Source: an uncultured Acidobacteriota bacterium
GTDB lineage: Bacteria; Acidobacteriota; Vicinamibacteria; Vicinamibacterales; UBA8438
Length of the DNA stretch: 64,000 nucleotides
Direction: 5' to 3'
Assembly (NCBI GenBank): GCA_913043225.1
Contig: CAJWLU010000001.1
Location: forward strand, 320,001 to 384,000
The position numbers and the translations under genes were made by a program. Each line of letters starts with the position of its first letter. Position 1 is the stretch's first letter. Positions 1 to 8,282 of the stretch are shown piece after piece. The notes beneath the pieces are model-generated. The model searched no databases. It worked only from the letters and a program-made list of their open reading frames with translations, and was not told the DNA's origin.

Positions 1-810
1 CACATGCCGTCGCACACCTGGAACGAGGTGGGCCGTTGGGGTGATGGCGTCCGCTCGAACCTGCGCGCCTGGCACTCGGACCAGATGTCCGAGTTCGGAA
101 CCGGGATCGCCATTTACCCAACCCACAACCTGCACATGCTGCTCTTCGCCGCGTCGATGGACGGGCAAGGCGCGATCGCCATCCAGGCAGGCAAGGATTT
201 CCACAAGCTGACCGGCAACAGCGTGCATCATGCCCTAACCCTAATCCGCTTCGGAAGATTCGACGAAGTCCTCAAGGTTACCGAGCGCCCTGACAGTGAG
301 GTGGCCGGCGGGCTGTGGGACTTCGCGCAGGGCTACGCGCACCTGCGTGAGGGCGACGTCGACTTCGCGGAGGTCTATCTGAATCGGGTGAAGGAGCTAG
401 CGGCGACCTCTGAGGCGCAGATGCGGTTCCACCCGGCAGAGACCCTGCTCGGCGTAGCCGCAGGCATCCTCGAGGGCGAGCTCCATCGTGAGGCAAGCGA
501 CCTGAACGCCGCCGAATCCGCGTTTGAGCAAGCCGTTGAGCTTGAGGACAGCCTGGCCTACGACGAACCTGAGCCGCTGCCCTTTGCCGCCAGACACTGG
601 CTGGGGGCGCTCCTCCTCGAACGGGAACGATGGGCCGAGGCGGAGCAGGTGTTCAGAGCTGAGCTCGATGACCACCCCCACAACGGGTGGTCCCTGTTCG
701 GCCTGAAGACGGCGATCGAAGCCCAGGGTCGCACCGACGCCGACGTGGATGCCGACCTCGAACAGAGCTGGGCGCGCGCCGACACCTGGCTGTACACGCC
801 GCGTTATTGA
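1..810 (+). CDS. TPR-repeat protein, 5'-truncated by the window edge
   Basis: Frame is open from base 1 (CAC ATG, giving HMPSH). Helical TPR-like repeats (AAESAFEQAVELED, LGALLLERERWAEAEQVF, HPHNGWSLFGL). Confidence 0.75.
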   Translation, partial: HMPSHTWNEVGRWGDGVRSNLRAWHSDQMSEFGTGIAIYPTHNLHMLLFAASMDGQGAIAIQAGKDFHKLTGNSVHHALTLIRFGRFDEVLKVTERPDSEVAGGLWDFAQGYAHLREGDVDFAEVYLNRVKELAATSEAQMRFHPAETLLGVAAGILEGELHREASDLNAAESAFEQAVELEDSLAYDEPEPLPFAARHWLGALLLERERWAEAEQVFRAELDDHPHNGWSLFGLKTAIEAQGRTDADVDADLEQSWARADTWLYTPRY

Positions 811-1961
811 GACACACCGAAGTCGAGGGGACGACCACGCCAGGTGCTCGTCTTCAGCTCCAGCACGTGGCGATCGGGATCACGCAAATAGAGACTGCGA
901 CCTCCCTCCGGCCAGTCGACTACGCTCTCGATCTCGATACCCGCGTCGTGAAGACGCGACCGCCAGCGGTCCAGATCGGCCGGGCGGATACCGAACGCTA
1001 GATGCTGCTGCCCGCGACCGTCCGAGGACGGAATCGTTCCATGTGGCGTCACCGTCGGTTCGACCGACGCGCCCTGCTTGAATAACAGCAGCACTTGATT
1101 CTCGGCCACGTCGAGGGCCGCCATCCGCTCCATCGGCTCCATCGCGCGGGTGAAGCCCAGCACGCGCTGATAGAACTCAACCGACCGACCGAGATCGGCG
1201 ACGTAAAGCGCCGTCTCGGTCACCGCAACTACCTTCTCCTCGGCTGCCAGAGCCCGCTTCTCTGCCTGCTCCTCCTCACGCACGCGCGTGAGCGCGGACG
1301 CGATGAGCCCGGTCGGCACCGCCACCACCCCCAGCCCCGCCATCAGAACCAGGAACGTGAACATACGCCCGCCCGCCGTCACGGGGAAGGCGTCTCCGTA
1401 GCCGACTGTAGTTAGGGTGACCACCGCCCACCAGAGACTGTCGAAGACCGACGCAAATGTCTCCGGCTGAGCGGCGTTCTCGAAGTAATGGATGCCCACC
1501 GCGGACAGATAGATGAGCACCATGGCGGTGCCCAGAAAGGCGATCAGTTCCTCGCGCACGAGGACGGCAGCCCGTCGGAACCTAGCCATCGCGTCGCCGT
1601 AGCGGGCCAGTTTGAGGATGCGGGCCAGACGGAACAGCCGCAGCGCGCGGATCGAACGCAAGTCGACCCCCAGCGCCACATAGAACGGCAAGATCGCCAG
1701 CAAGTCGACCACGCCGAAGAAGCTGAAGACGAACGTGAGCTTCCGGTCCGCCACCAGTAACCGGAGCAGATATTCAATGGTAAACACGACCACCGAGAAC
1801 ACTTCCAGGCGGCGAAGGAGTTCTAGGGTCTCCGGTGACAGATCCGGCAGGGTCTCGATCGAGAACGCGGCAATGGTGAGAAGGATGACCCCCACCACGA
1901 CGGCGTCGAAGAGACGACCGGCGAAGGTATCGGTATCCTCGACGATGCGCTTCAGACTCAC
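804..1961 (-). CDS. 6TM voltage-gated K+ channel (ion transporter family) fused to a C-terminal VOC/glyoxalase-like domain
   Basis: S4 motif LRSIRALRLFRLARILKLARY and selectivity filter TTVGYGD. Continues in frame into VOC motifs ETALYVADLGRSVEFY, HLAFGI and GGRSLYLRDPDRHVLEL. GTG at 1961 chosen because it clears the upstream gene and follows TACACT. Confidence 0.85.
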   Translation of the reverse strand: MSLKRIVEDTDTFAGRLFDAVVVGVILLTIAAFSIETLPDLSPETLELLRRLEVFSVVVFTIEYLLRLLVADRKLTFVFSFFGVVDLLAILPFYVALGVDLRSIRALRLFRLARILKLARYGDAMARFRRAAVLVREELIAFLGTAMVLIYLSAVGIHYFENAAQPETFASVFDSLWWAVVTLTTVGYGDAFPVTAGGRMFTFLVLMAGLGVVAVPTGLIASALTRVREEEQAEKRALAAEEKVVAVTETALYVADLGRSVEFYQRVLGFTRAMEPMERMAALDVAENQVLLLFKQGASVEPTVTPHGTIPSSDGRGQQHLAFGIRPADLDRWRSRLHDAGIEIESVVDWPEGGRSLYLRDPDRHVLELKTSTWRGRPLDFGVSQ

Positions 1962-2010
1962 GCCGGAAGTGTATCGCGGGCAAGCTGGCCCGAGACGCGA
2001 ACGGAGGGGA

Positions 2011-3099
2011 TCAATACAGGAGCATGGCGACGACAAACATCAGGATGGCCAGCATCACCACCCACTGCCAGACCTCCTGCTTATCGTCGGACGGGATGAG
2101 CTGGAACGAGATACTGCGGTGGCTGTCGACCACGTTGCGGAGGAAGTTGGCTGATTCGAGCTGCTGGCTGTCCATAGAAAAGGTGCGCCCGCCAGTGCGC
2201 TGCACCACCATGTTGATGCCATCCTGCTCCAGCCGGGTCCGCTGCCCGTCGAGGTCGGCCTCCAACGTCTCGTCATAGTCGACACCACGAATGTAGTCGA
2301 GCAGCACGGTGTCCACGTTGACCCCAGTCCGGCTCCCGATCCCGATCGGGTAGATCGCGAGCCCCCGGCGGTTGAACTCACCGAGAGCGATATCCAGACG
2401 GCTCCGCTGTTCGGCGTCGATCAGAAAGTCTCCGTCGGTGAACAGCAGGACCAGACGGTCGCTCCGCTCCTCGGGCTGCCAGTCGTCCTCACCCGACTCG
2501 AACCGATCCTGATTGTCGAGCGACAGATAGATCGACTCGAACGCGGTCGCGATGTCGCTGTCCCAGGGAAACGCATCGCCAGACAGTGTCAACGGCGGAC
2601 CGATCCGCCCCACCTCTTCCACGAACCGTTCAGCGTTGGACGACAGGTGGACCCGACGTAGTGCCGTGGTGCCCCAAACGAACACGGCGGTACGGTCGCC
2701 CGGCGTCAGCAGGTCTTGCGTGTACAGACTCAGCGCCTCCCGCACGGCGAGGTCGAGTCGCGATGGACCAAGGTCCTTGACCCACATGGAGGCCGAGGCG
2801 TCGACCGCCACGATGACGTCCACGTCGCCCCGCTTGAAGCTCGACGCACCGTAGACCCAGAACGGCCTCGCGGCGGCCACCGCCACGAGCGTGAGTGCTG
2901 CAATCGCGAAGAACCAGAACTTAATGTGACCGAACAGGGGGTAGTTCGACCCTTCGCTGCGGGCCGGTCTCAATTGCAAGCGGAGCGCAAAGACGACCAG
3001 TCCGAAGGCCAGCAGCAGCCCAGCGATCGGCACGATAGCCAGATACTCCGGGTTGGCGAACTCGACACTGTCCCGGAACAGGCTGGTGATGGCGTCCAC
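2011..3099 (-). CDS. Membrane-anchored VWA domain protein (MxaL/BatB-like)
   Basis: N-terminal F-x-x-P-x-Y-L followed by two TM helices. MIDAS motif VAVDASASM...SRL and LFTDGD. C-terminal TM helix. Confidence 0.8.
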   Translation of the reverse strand: MDAITSLFRDSVEFANPEYLAIVPIAGLLLAFGLVVFALRLQLRPARSEGSNYPLFGHIKFWFFAIAALTLVAVAAARPFWVYGASSFKRGDVDVIVAVDASASMWVKDLGPSRLDLAVREALSLYTQDLLTPGDRTAVFVWGTTALRRVHLSSNAERFVEEVGRIGPPLTLSGDAFPWDSDIATAFESIYLSLDNQDRFESGEDDWQPEERSDRLVLLFTDGDFLIDAEQRSRLDIALGEFNRRGLAIYPIGIGSRTGVNVDTVLLDYIRGVDYDETLEADLDGQRTRLEQDGINMVVQRTGGRTFSMDSQQLESANFLRNVVDSHRSISFQLIPSDDKQEVWQWVVMLAILMFVVAMLLY

Positions 3100-3134
3100 C
3101 GCTCGGCTTCCTCAGACTGCAGTCCGTCTCAAGG

Positions 3135-3800
3135 TCAGCCGCGGCGGCGGCGGACCGGGGTGCCCTCGCCCTTCATCTGCTCGAGCTCGGGCGGCTCGAT
3201 CTCGCGGGGCGCCTCAAGGGCCCGACGCACCGCCTCGGGGTTGCTGGTCAAGTCGTAGTTCCACTTGTAGTCGAACCGGTCGGTGAGGTCGCTCCGGAGC
3301 GCCCGCTCGTAGTCCGGGTTGATGGTCTCCATCACCTCCACGATGATGGCTTCCTTGAGACGCGCGGCATCCGGGTCTTCACCGTCGATGGCGCGATAGC
3401 GCTCCCGTGCCAGCAGGAACTTCGCGTTCGCGAGCAGATGCGACGCCCGCGCATCGTCCACTTCATCAGACAGATCGTCCACGACCGTCTGGAGGTCGCC
3501 AGTCAGATAGCTGTAAGACGCCTGCTGCAAGAAAGCATCCTGAAAGAGATAGGAGTCAACCAGCTGCTGGACACCCCAGGCGCGGCTCCCTTCGTAGAAC
3601 GCTGACACCTCGGCGAGTTGCTGCTCGGCGGTCTCGTAGTCGGCGCGCTGCACGCTATCGCTGAGCCCCTCCAGGTTGTCGTAGAACACAGCCAGGCTGC
3701 GGGACGGCACCCACACGGCGACGAAGAACGCCACCGCCAGCACGAGGCCGATGAGATAACGGAAGGAATGTTCCTTGTCGAGCAGGTCTGTCAGTCGCAT
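3135..3800 (-). CDS. Membrane-anchored TPR-like protein (MxaK-like)
   Basis: N-terminal TM helix, helical body, and YERALRSDLTDRFDYKWNYDL, which resembles the MxaK/BatC 'Y..AL......AKYNLEL' motif. Lies between two VWA genes. Confidence 0.6.
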   Translation of the reverse strand: MRLTDLLDKEHSFRYLIGLVLAVAFFVAVWVPSRSLAVFYDNLEGLSDSVQRADYETAEQQLAEVSAFYEGSRAWGVQQLVDSYLFQDAFLQQASYSYLTGDLQTVVDDLSDEVDDARASHLLANAKFLLARERYRAIDGEDPDAARLKEAIIVEVMETINPDYERALRSDLTDRFDYKWNYDLTSNPEAVRRALEAPREIEPPELEQMKGEGTPVRRRRG

Positions 3801-3846
3801 GTCGTCTGTTCAGGACCGGCCGCTGAGCCGGCCTGACTCCTCGATT

Positions 3847-4977
3847 CTAGGGGGTCGTCCCCCAGAGCAGCTCCGAAACGAATCCGAGCGGTATCCCGAC
3901 TACCAGTAGTCCCATAGCCACGAGTAGGAATCTGGAATAGATGGGCACTCTCAGAGCACGGTGCTTCAGTTCGACCCGCACCGCTTCACGCTCGTCGATC
4001 GCCTGGTAAGCGCGCAGCAGGCTGTCCTCGCTGGTGACGTCGAAGTAGTCGCCGCCATACTCCTGAATCTGGGCCACCAGCTGCGGCACACTCGGATTCA
4101 GGAAGCTCGCGGTACGGGCATCACTCGTGTTGATGTAGATCAAATACGGGACGATGTTGCGCTTGCTAAGCTCTTCGAACTCCGCATCCGGGAACTCGTC
4201 GACCGCGGCATCGGTGATGATGAGCACGGCACGATTCTGATTCCGTCCGCGCCCTTGAACCGCTTCGTCCCGGTCAAAGTGCTTCACGATGTCCTGCAGC
4301 GGCCGGATGATGTTGGTGTCCCCTTCGGCGGGAATAATCCGCACCTTGTCCCGCGGCACCACCATCGCCTTATCGAGCCGCTGGGTCATCACATACGGCG
4401 CATCCCAGACCTGGTAGTAGTAGAGCTCGTCGTCCATGACGAAGTCATCCACCATGTAGGGATAGGTCGAGAACAACCAGAGCGACACACGGTCGTTCTT
4501 CTCACGACGCATCTCGAGAAACTCGAGGTGCGCGTCTCGAGCCACCTCGGCCTTCGACTTGTTCGTATCAGGGAACTCCCATGCCATCGAACCCGACGTG
4601 TCGACGAGATCGATCCGCACACGCGACTCGACCGACCCACTCACTTCCTCAGTCGCAGTAAGAAACGGATCGGCCACCGAGACGACGAGCATGACGAGCG
4701 CAGCTGCGAGCAAGACCTTCGGCGCCGTGTGCAGCACGCGGACCCAAAGCCGTTTCCGGTGCCTCGCCTCGATGAGATGGCCAGAGTGCTGTCGCGCATG
4801 CCGCTTGCGGGTCGAGGCTAGCCGCACCAGCGTCAGAGCGAGAACCACACCGACCGCCACCGCCAGCGCCACGGCCATACCGACATCGCCGTACCGCACT
4901 TGGGCATAGTCGGTCTCGAGCAGCTCGCGAAAGCCGCTATCGAGGAAGGCGACCAGCTCGTTCCATGGCATCAACAT
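3847..4977 (-). CDS. Membrane-anchored VWA domain protein (MxaC/BatA-like)
   Basis: Two N-terminal TM helices. MIDAS motif DLVDTSGSM, GDTNI and LIITD. C-terminal TM helix. Confidence 0.8.
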   Translation of the reverse strand: MLMPWNELVAFLDSGFRELLETDYAQVRYGDVGMAVALAVAVGVVLALTLVRLASTRKRHARQHSGHLIEARHRKRLWVRVLHTAPKVLLAAALVMLVVSVADPFLTATEEVSGSVESRVRIDLVDTSGSMAWEFPDTNKSKAEVARDAHLEFLEMRREKNDRVSLWLFSTYPYMVDDFVMDDELYYYQVWDAPYVMTQRLDKAMVVPRDKVRIIPAEGDTNIIRPLQDIVKHFDRDEAVQGRGRNQNRAVLIITDAAVDEFPDAEFEELSKRNIVPYLIYINTSDARTASFLNPSVPQLVAQIQEYGGDYFDVTSEDSLLRAYQAIDEREAVRVELKHRALRVPIYSRFLLVAMGLLVVGIPLGFVSELLWGTTP

Positions 4978-4993
4978 GAGATCGCTCGCAGGT

Positions 4994-6115
4994 CTAGCCG
5001 CCGAACATGCCCTTCACCGAGTTGAGCAGCCGGACGTGCGGCCGCAGGTCGGCGAGGGCTCCCGAGATTGCGTCCGCGTCGGCCGACGGGTTGTCGACCG
5101 ACGGCGCGCCTAACTCCAATCCTCGCTGGTACGTCACCAGGAAGTCGGTGAGCACGGCCAGTGCCTCCTTACGGTGGCCATCATCGAGACCGGCCACGAA
5201 CCGCTGGATGCCGAGCGCCGTGTCCCCCGAATTGAGGTCCGACAGGTCGGCCTGCAGGTAGTCGCGAAGCGCCAACACCAACCCTCGCTGGACCTCGCGG
5301 ACTCGGTCCCCTTCGGCGCCGGACGGCAGATCCTGCAACCCCCCCAGCGCCCGGCCCACGGCCCGCCGCGCCTCCCAGATCGATGGCTGGATCGGAATCT
5401 GCGCCTCGATCTGGGCAAGCTCGTCCTCTTCCTGCTGCTTCTCGACCGACAAACCCTTCGGCTTGCGGGCCAAGCGAACCAGCATGACGAGCCAGAGCAC
5501 CAGCGGCAGCGGCGCGACGGTCCAGGCCATTGTCCGGAAGAAGGTCGCTTGATTGGCGAAGCTGCCCAGCTCGATCGTGTCGCGGATGTCGAGCAGTGGC
5601 TCGTCGGTCACCGAGGTGACATACCGCACTAGCCCCTGTCCACCGTCCACCTGCTGCACCTCGGCGTCCTCGATATCTTCACCGAGGTCGCGCACCAGGT
5701 AGTAGAAGCTGAAGTTCGGGAGCACGTAGGTCATCTTGTTCGGGTCAACCAGCCTGAACCCGTAGATGAAGTCCCAGATGTGCTCGTCCTCGACGCGGGT
5801 CTTCTCCACCGTCAGCGAAACGCCCTCGAAGGGATGCACCGGCAGGGTCTCTGGTGCCACCCGATCCTCCAGCACGATGATCTCCTGCCCATCGTCGATC
5901 AGGTCGGGGAACCGCACCCGATACCGCTGGGTGATGAGGTCGCCGGTCTTCACCACCGTCGGTTCCAGCTCGAGCGTCTCGACCCGCACCGGGCCCATGG
6001 GCGCATCGATCGCGTCAGGCGGCTGGGCCAGCAGGCTGGTCGGAAGCAACAGAGCGAAGGCAAGTGCGAACGCCGACGTGCGTGTCATGTTCACCGGTTG
6101 TCCATCCCTGGTCAT
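4994..6115 (-). CDS. Secreted or membrane protein in the MxaA position of the cluster (alternative start 6088)
   Basis: Signal peptide (SAFALAFALLLPTSLLA-Q), beta-rich domain starting VKTGDLITQRYRV, single TM helix (WTVAPLPLVLWLVMLV) and helical C-terminus. This matches MxaA-like topology and position. Confidence 0.55.
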   Translation of the reverse strand: MTRDGQPVNMTRTSAFALAFALLLPTSLLAQPPDAIDAPMGPVRVETLELEPTVVKTGDLITQRYRVRFPDLIDDGQEIIVLEDRVAPETLPVHPFEGVSLTVEKTRVEDEHIWDFIYGFRLVDPNKMTYVLPNFSFYYLVRDLGEDIEDAEVQQVDGGQGLVRYVTSVTDEPLLDIRDTIELGSFANQATFFRTMAWTVAPLPLVLWLVMLVRLARKPKGLSVEKQQEEDELAQIEAQIPIQPSIWEARRAVGRALGGLQDLPSGAEGDRVREVQRGLVLALRDYLQADLSDLNSGDTALGIQRFVAGLDDGHRKEALAVLTDFLVTYQRGLELGAPSVDNPSADADAISGALADLRPHVRLLNSVKGMFGG

Positions 6116-6126
6116 CGATGTCCGAT

Positions 6127-7044
6127 CTAGCGAGCCGTGCGAGAAATCAGGAACTTGGGCAACTCCTCGATGTGGTTCTCTGGCGTCAGCACGACCGAGT
6201 CGATCCCCGCCCAATACTTCAACTTGTATTGCAGCGTTTCGCGTGACTCCTCGATCCGACGACGGATCGCTCCAGCCTTCCTGGCAGAGATCACCGTCTG
6301 TTTGCCGGTCTCCATATCCGAGATCCGGATGTAACCCAGGCGGCTCTTGACCGAGAACTCCTCGGGGTCGTCCAGAATGAGCACGATCATATCGTGCTTC
6401 GCCGCCACGGTGCTGAGGAGCTTGAAGTCGATTGCGTCGTGGTCGTTGACGAGATCGACCAGGTCGGTGAGCACCACGACCGAGTGCCGCATCTTCAGTC
6501 TAGCCAGCATGAAATCGATGGCCACCTTGAGATTCGCCGGACGCCGCGACGGGAACTCCCGCTCGAGCTTCAGCTTCTCGAAGATCTGATGCGCCATGTA
6601 AAAGACCTGCGAGCTGCCCATCTTGGGCTTCATGTAGAGCTCGATCCGATCCGAGTAGCCGAGCAACCCGACCGGGTCACGCACGTTGGACCGGGTCAAC
6701 CCGATGTTGCCCAGCAGATCCAACATCAACAGTGCCTTGTTGGACCGTTGGGATACCTGAAACAGCGTCGAGTAGGAGAGGTCGCAGATGATGAGCGTCC
6801 GCATCTCCTTGGGCTCCATCCGCTCGATCCGGAACAGCTTCTCCGGATACGTGCGCATGCTCAGGTTCCAGGCCACGTCCTTGAGTGGCTGGCCCGGCCG
6901 CCACTGATCGACGCCGACGATGTCGTAGCCGGCCCCCTTGAACCCGCTCTTGTGCTCGCCGAAGTGGATGCTCGTGGAGGGCTTGCGCGCTCGGATCCCG
7001 TGCTTGATGTCACGAAACCTGGCGTAGACCTCCTCTACTTCCAA
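6127..7044 (-). CDS. DUF58 family protein (MxaS-like partner of MoxR)
   Basis: GEHKSGFKGAGYDIVGVDQWRPGQ..VAW, ICDLSYS and VVVLTD motifs. Overlaps the moxR stop codon. Confidence 0.8.
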   Translation of the reverse strand: MEVEEVYARFRDIKHGIRARKPSTSIHFGEHKSGFKGAGYDIVGVDQWRPGQPLKDVAWNLSMRTYPEKLFRIERMEPKEMRTLIICDLSYSTLFQVSQRSNKALLMLDLLGNIGLTRSNVRDPVGLLGYSDRIELYMKPKMGSSQVFYMAHQIFEKLKLEREFPSRRPANLKVAIDFMLARLKMRHSVVVLTDLVDLVNDHDAIDFKLLSTVAAKHDMIVLILDDPEEFSVKSRLGYIRISDMETGKQTVISARKAGAIRRRIEESRETLQYKLKYWAGIDSVVLTPENHIEELPKFLISRTAR

Positions 7045-8150
7045 GGAGGAACCTCCATGTCGCGGACGATCTGTTGCAAGAGTTCGTCCTTGTCGACGGA
7101 GAACTCCATACCTTCGCGCAGGACCAGCCGGTGGGCGAGCACCGGCCCCGCGACCTCCTTAATGTGATCCGGCGTGACCTGCAGGTCGCCGTTGAAGAAG
7201 GCGAACGTCCGCGCCACGGCCTCAAGGTGAAAATGGACACGAGGCGAGATCCCGACGCGGATATACTCCTTCACCGCCCGGGCGGCCCGTCCCTGGACCC
7301 GATGGGGACGCGTGTTCCGGATGAGCCGGACCTTGTACTGCGCCCCGTATTCAGACATCGTGACGTTGTCGTAGATATAACGGGCAATATCGAGCACCTC
7401 GTAAAGATCGGTCAGCTTCTCGACCTTCCGTCCCACGACGTTGCCGGCGGTGATGTTGTACTCGTCCTCTTCCCTCTCCGGGTCCATCATATTGATGGAG
7501 ATGGTGGTGCGGTCGAGCTGCGCGACAGGGTTGGCGAAGGTGCCTTCTTCCTCGCCGAAGATATTCTCGGTGCAAATGACCATGAAGAACCGGGGTCCCG
7601 TGATGTCACTGAAGTCACAGGACAGCGGGAAGAGGGGCAAGACCTTACCCTCGGCCAGGTTCCCGTAGTCCGAGCTAAGAGTGGCCGAGCTCTCCTCCAT
7701 GCCCTCGAGCACGGCCGCCTTGGTTTTGCCTGACAACCGGTTGTCCTCGTCAATGAGGACGATGTGGGCCATCAGCTTGCCCGGTTTGAAGACGAGCTTG
7801 CGGCTGCCGTCGGTCTCCTCGACGATCGTCTCGTAGCCGAGGATGTCCTCGGGCATGTAGGTCGGCAGCCCCTGGATCCGTTCGAACTTCGCGTCGATCG
7901 CCATGGCGCAGGCGCTAACCAGGTCGGTCTTCCCGGTGCCGGTCGGCCCCCTGAACATGACGTGCGGCTGCCTGAGCAGCTTGCTCTGGCTAAGCTTGTC
8001 CGTGTAGGGGAGCAGCGTAAAGAACGCCCAGGACAGGATGCGCGCGGCATCGTCGAGACCATAGAGCCACTTGGTCGACTCCTTCTGGAACCGCTGGACC
8101 ACTTCATTGGCGCGGTCGAAGTCGATAGTGCGTGTCGGTTGAACGGCCAT
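7035..8150 (-). CDS. moxR: MoxR family AAA+ ATPase (MxaR-like)
   Basis: Walker A GPTGTGKT, RIQG.P..MPEDILG, Walker B VLIDEDNR, AQLDR, GISPR and VLAHRL. ATG at 8150 follows GAGAGGA. Confidence 0.88.
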   Translation of the reverse strand: MAVQPTRTIDFDRANEVVQRFQKESTKWLYGLDDAARILSWAFFTLLPYTDKLSQSKLLRQPHVMFRGPTGTGKTDLVSACAMAIDAKFERIQGLPTYMPEDILGYETIVEETDGSRKLVFKPGKLMAHIVLIDEDNRLSGKTKAAVLEGMEESSATLSSDYGNLAEGKVLPLFPLSCDFSDITGPRFFMVICTENIFGEEEGTFANPVAQLDRTTISINMMDPEREEDEYNITAGNVVGRKVEKLTDLYEVLDIARYIYDNVTMSEYGAQYKVRLIRNTRPHRVQGRAARAVKEYIRVGISPRVHFHLEAVARTFAFFNGDLQVTPDHIKEVAGPVLAHRLVLREGMEFSVDKDELLQQIVRDMEVPPWK

Positions 8151-8223
8151 GTAATCCTCTCGCGCTCCGGGCGCCTCGAACATGGCAGGCGGCCGCTCGC
8201 ACGACCGGCCCCTGCCGGCGGTA

Positions 8224-8252
8224 AGTGTGGCCGCGTGCGACCACACCGTCAA
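8224..8252 (-). promoter_or_regulatory. Putative sigma70 promoter of the moxR cluster, overlapped by a palindrome
   Basis: Minus strand reads TTGACG-N17-CACACT. Near-perfect palindrome GTGTGGCCGC-GT-GCGACCACAC at 8225-8246. Confidence 0.4.
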
Positions 8253-8282
8253 GATAGGTATTGGGTGTCCGACACCGGGTGC

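Noticed and set aside
2011..8150. Calling this a methanol-oxidation (mxa) operon or an anti-phage system
   Set aside because: No mxaF/xoxF/mxaJGI genes lie in the window, and there are no nuclease or other effector domains; only chaperone-type components are supported.
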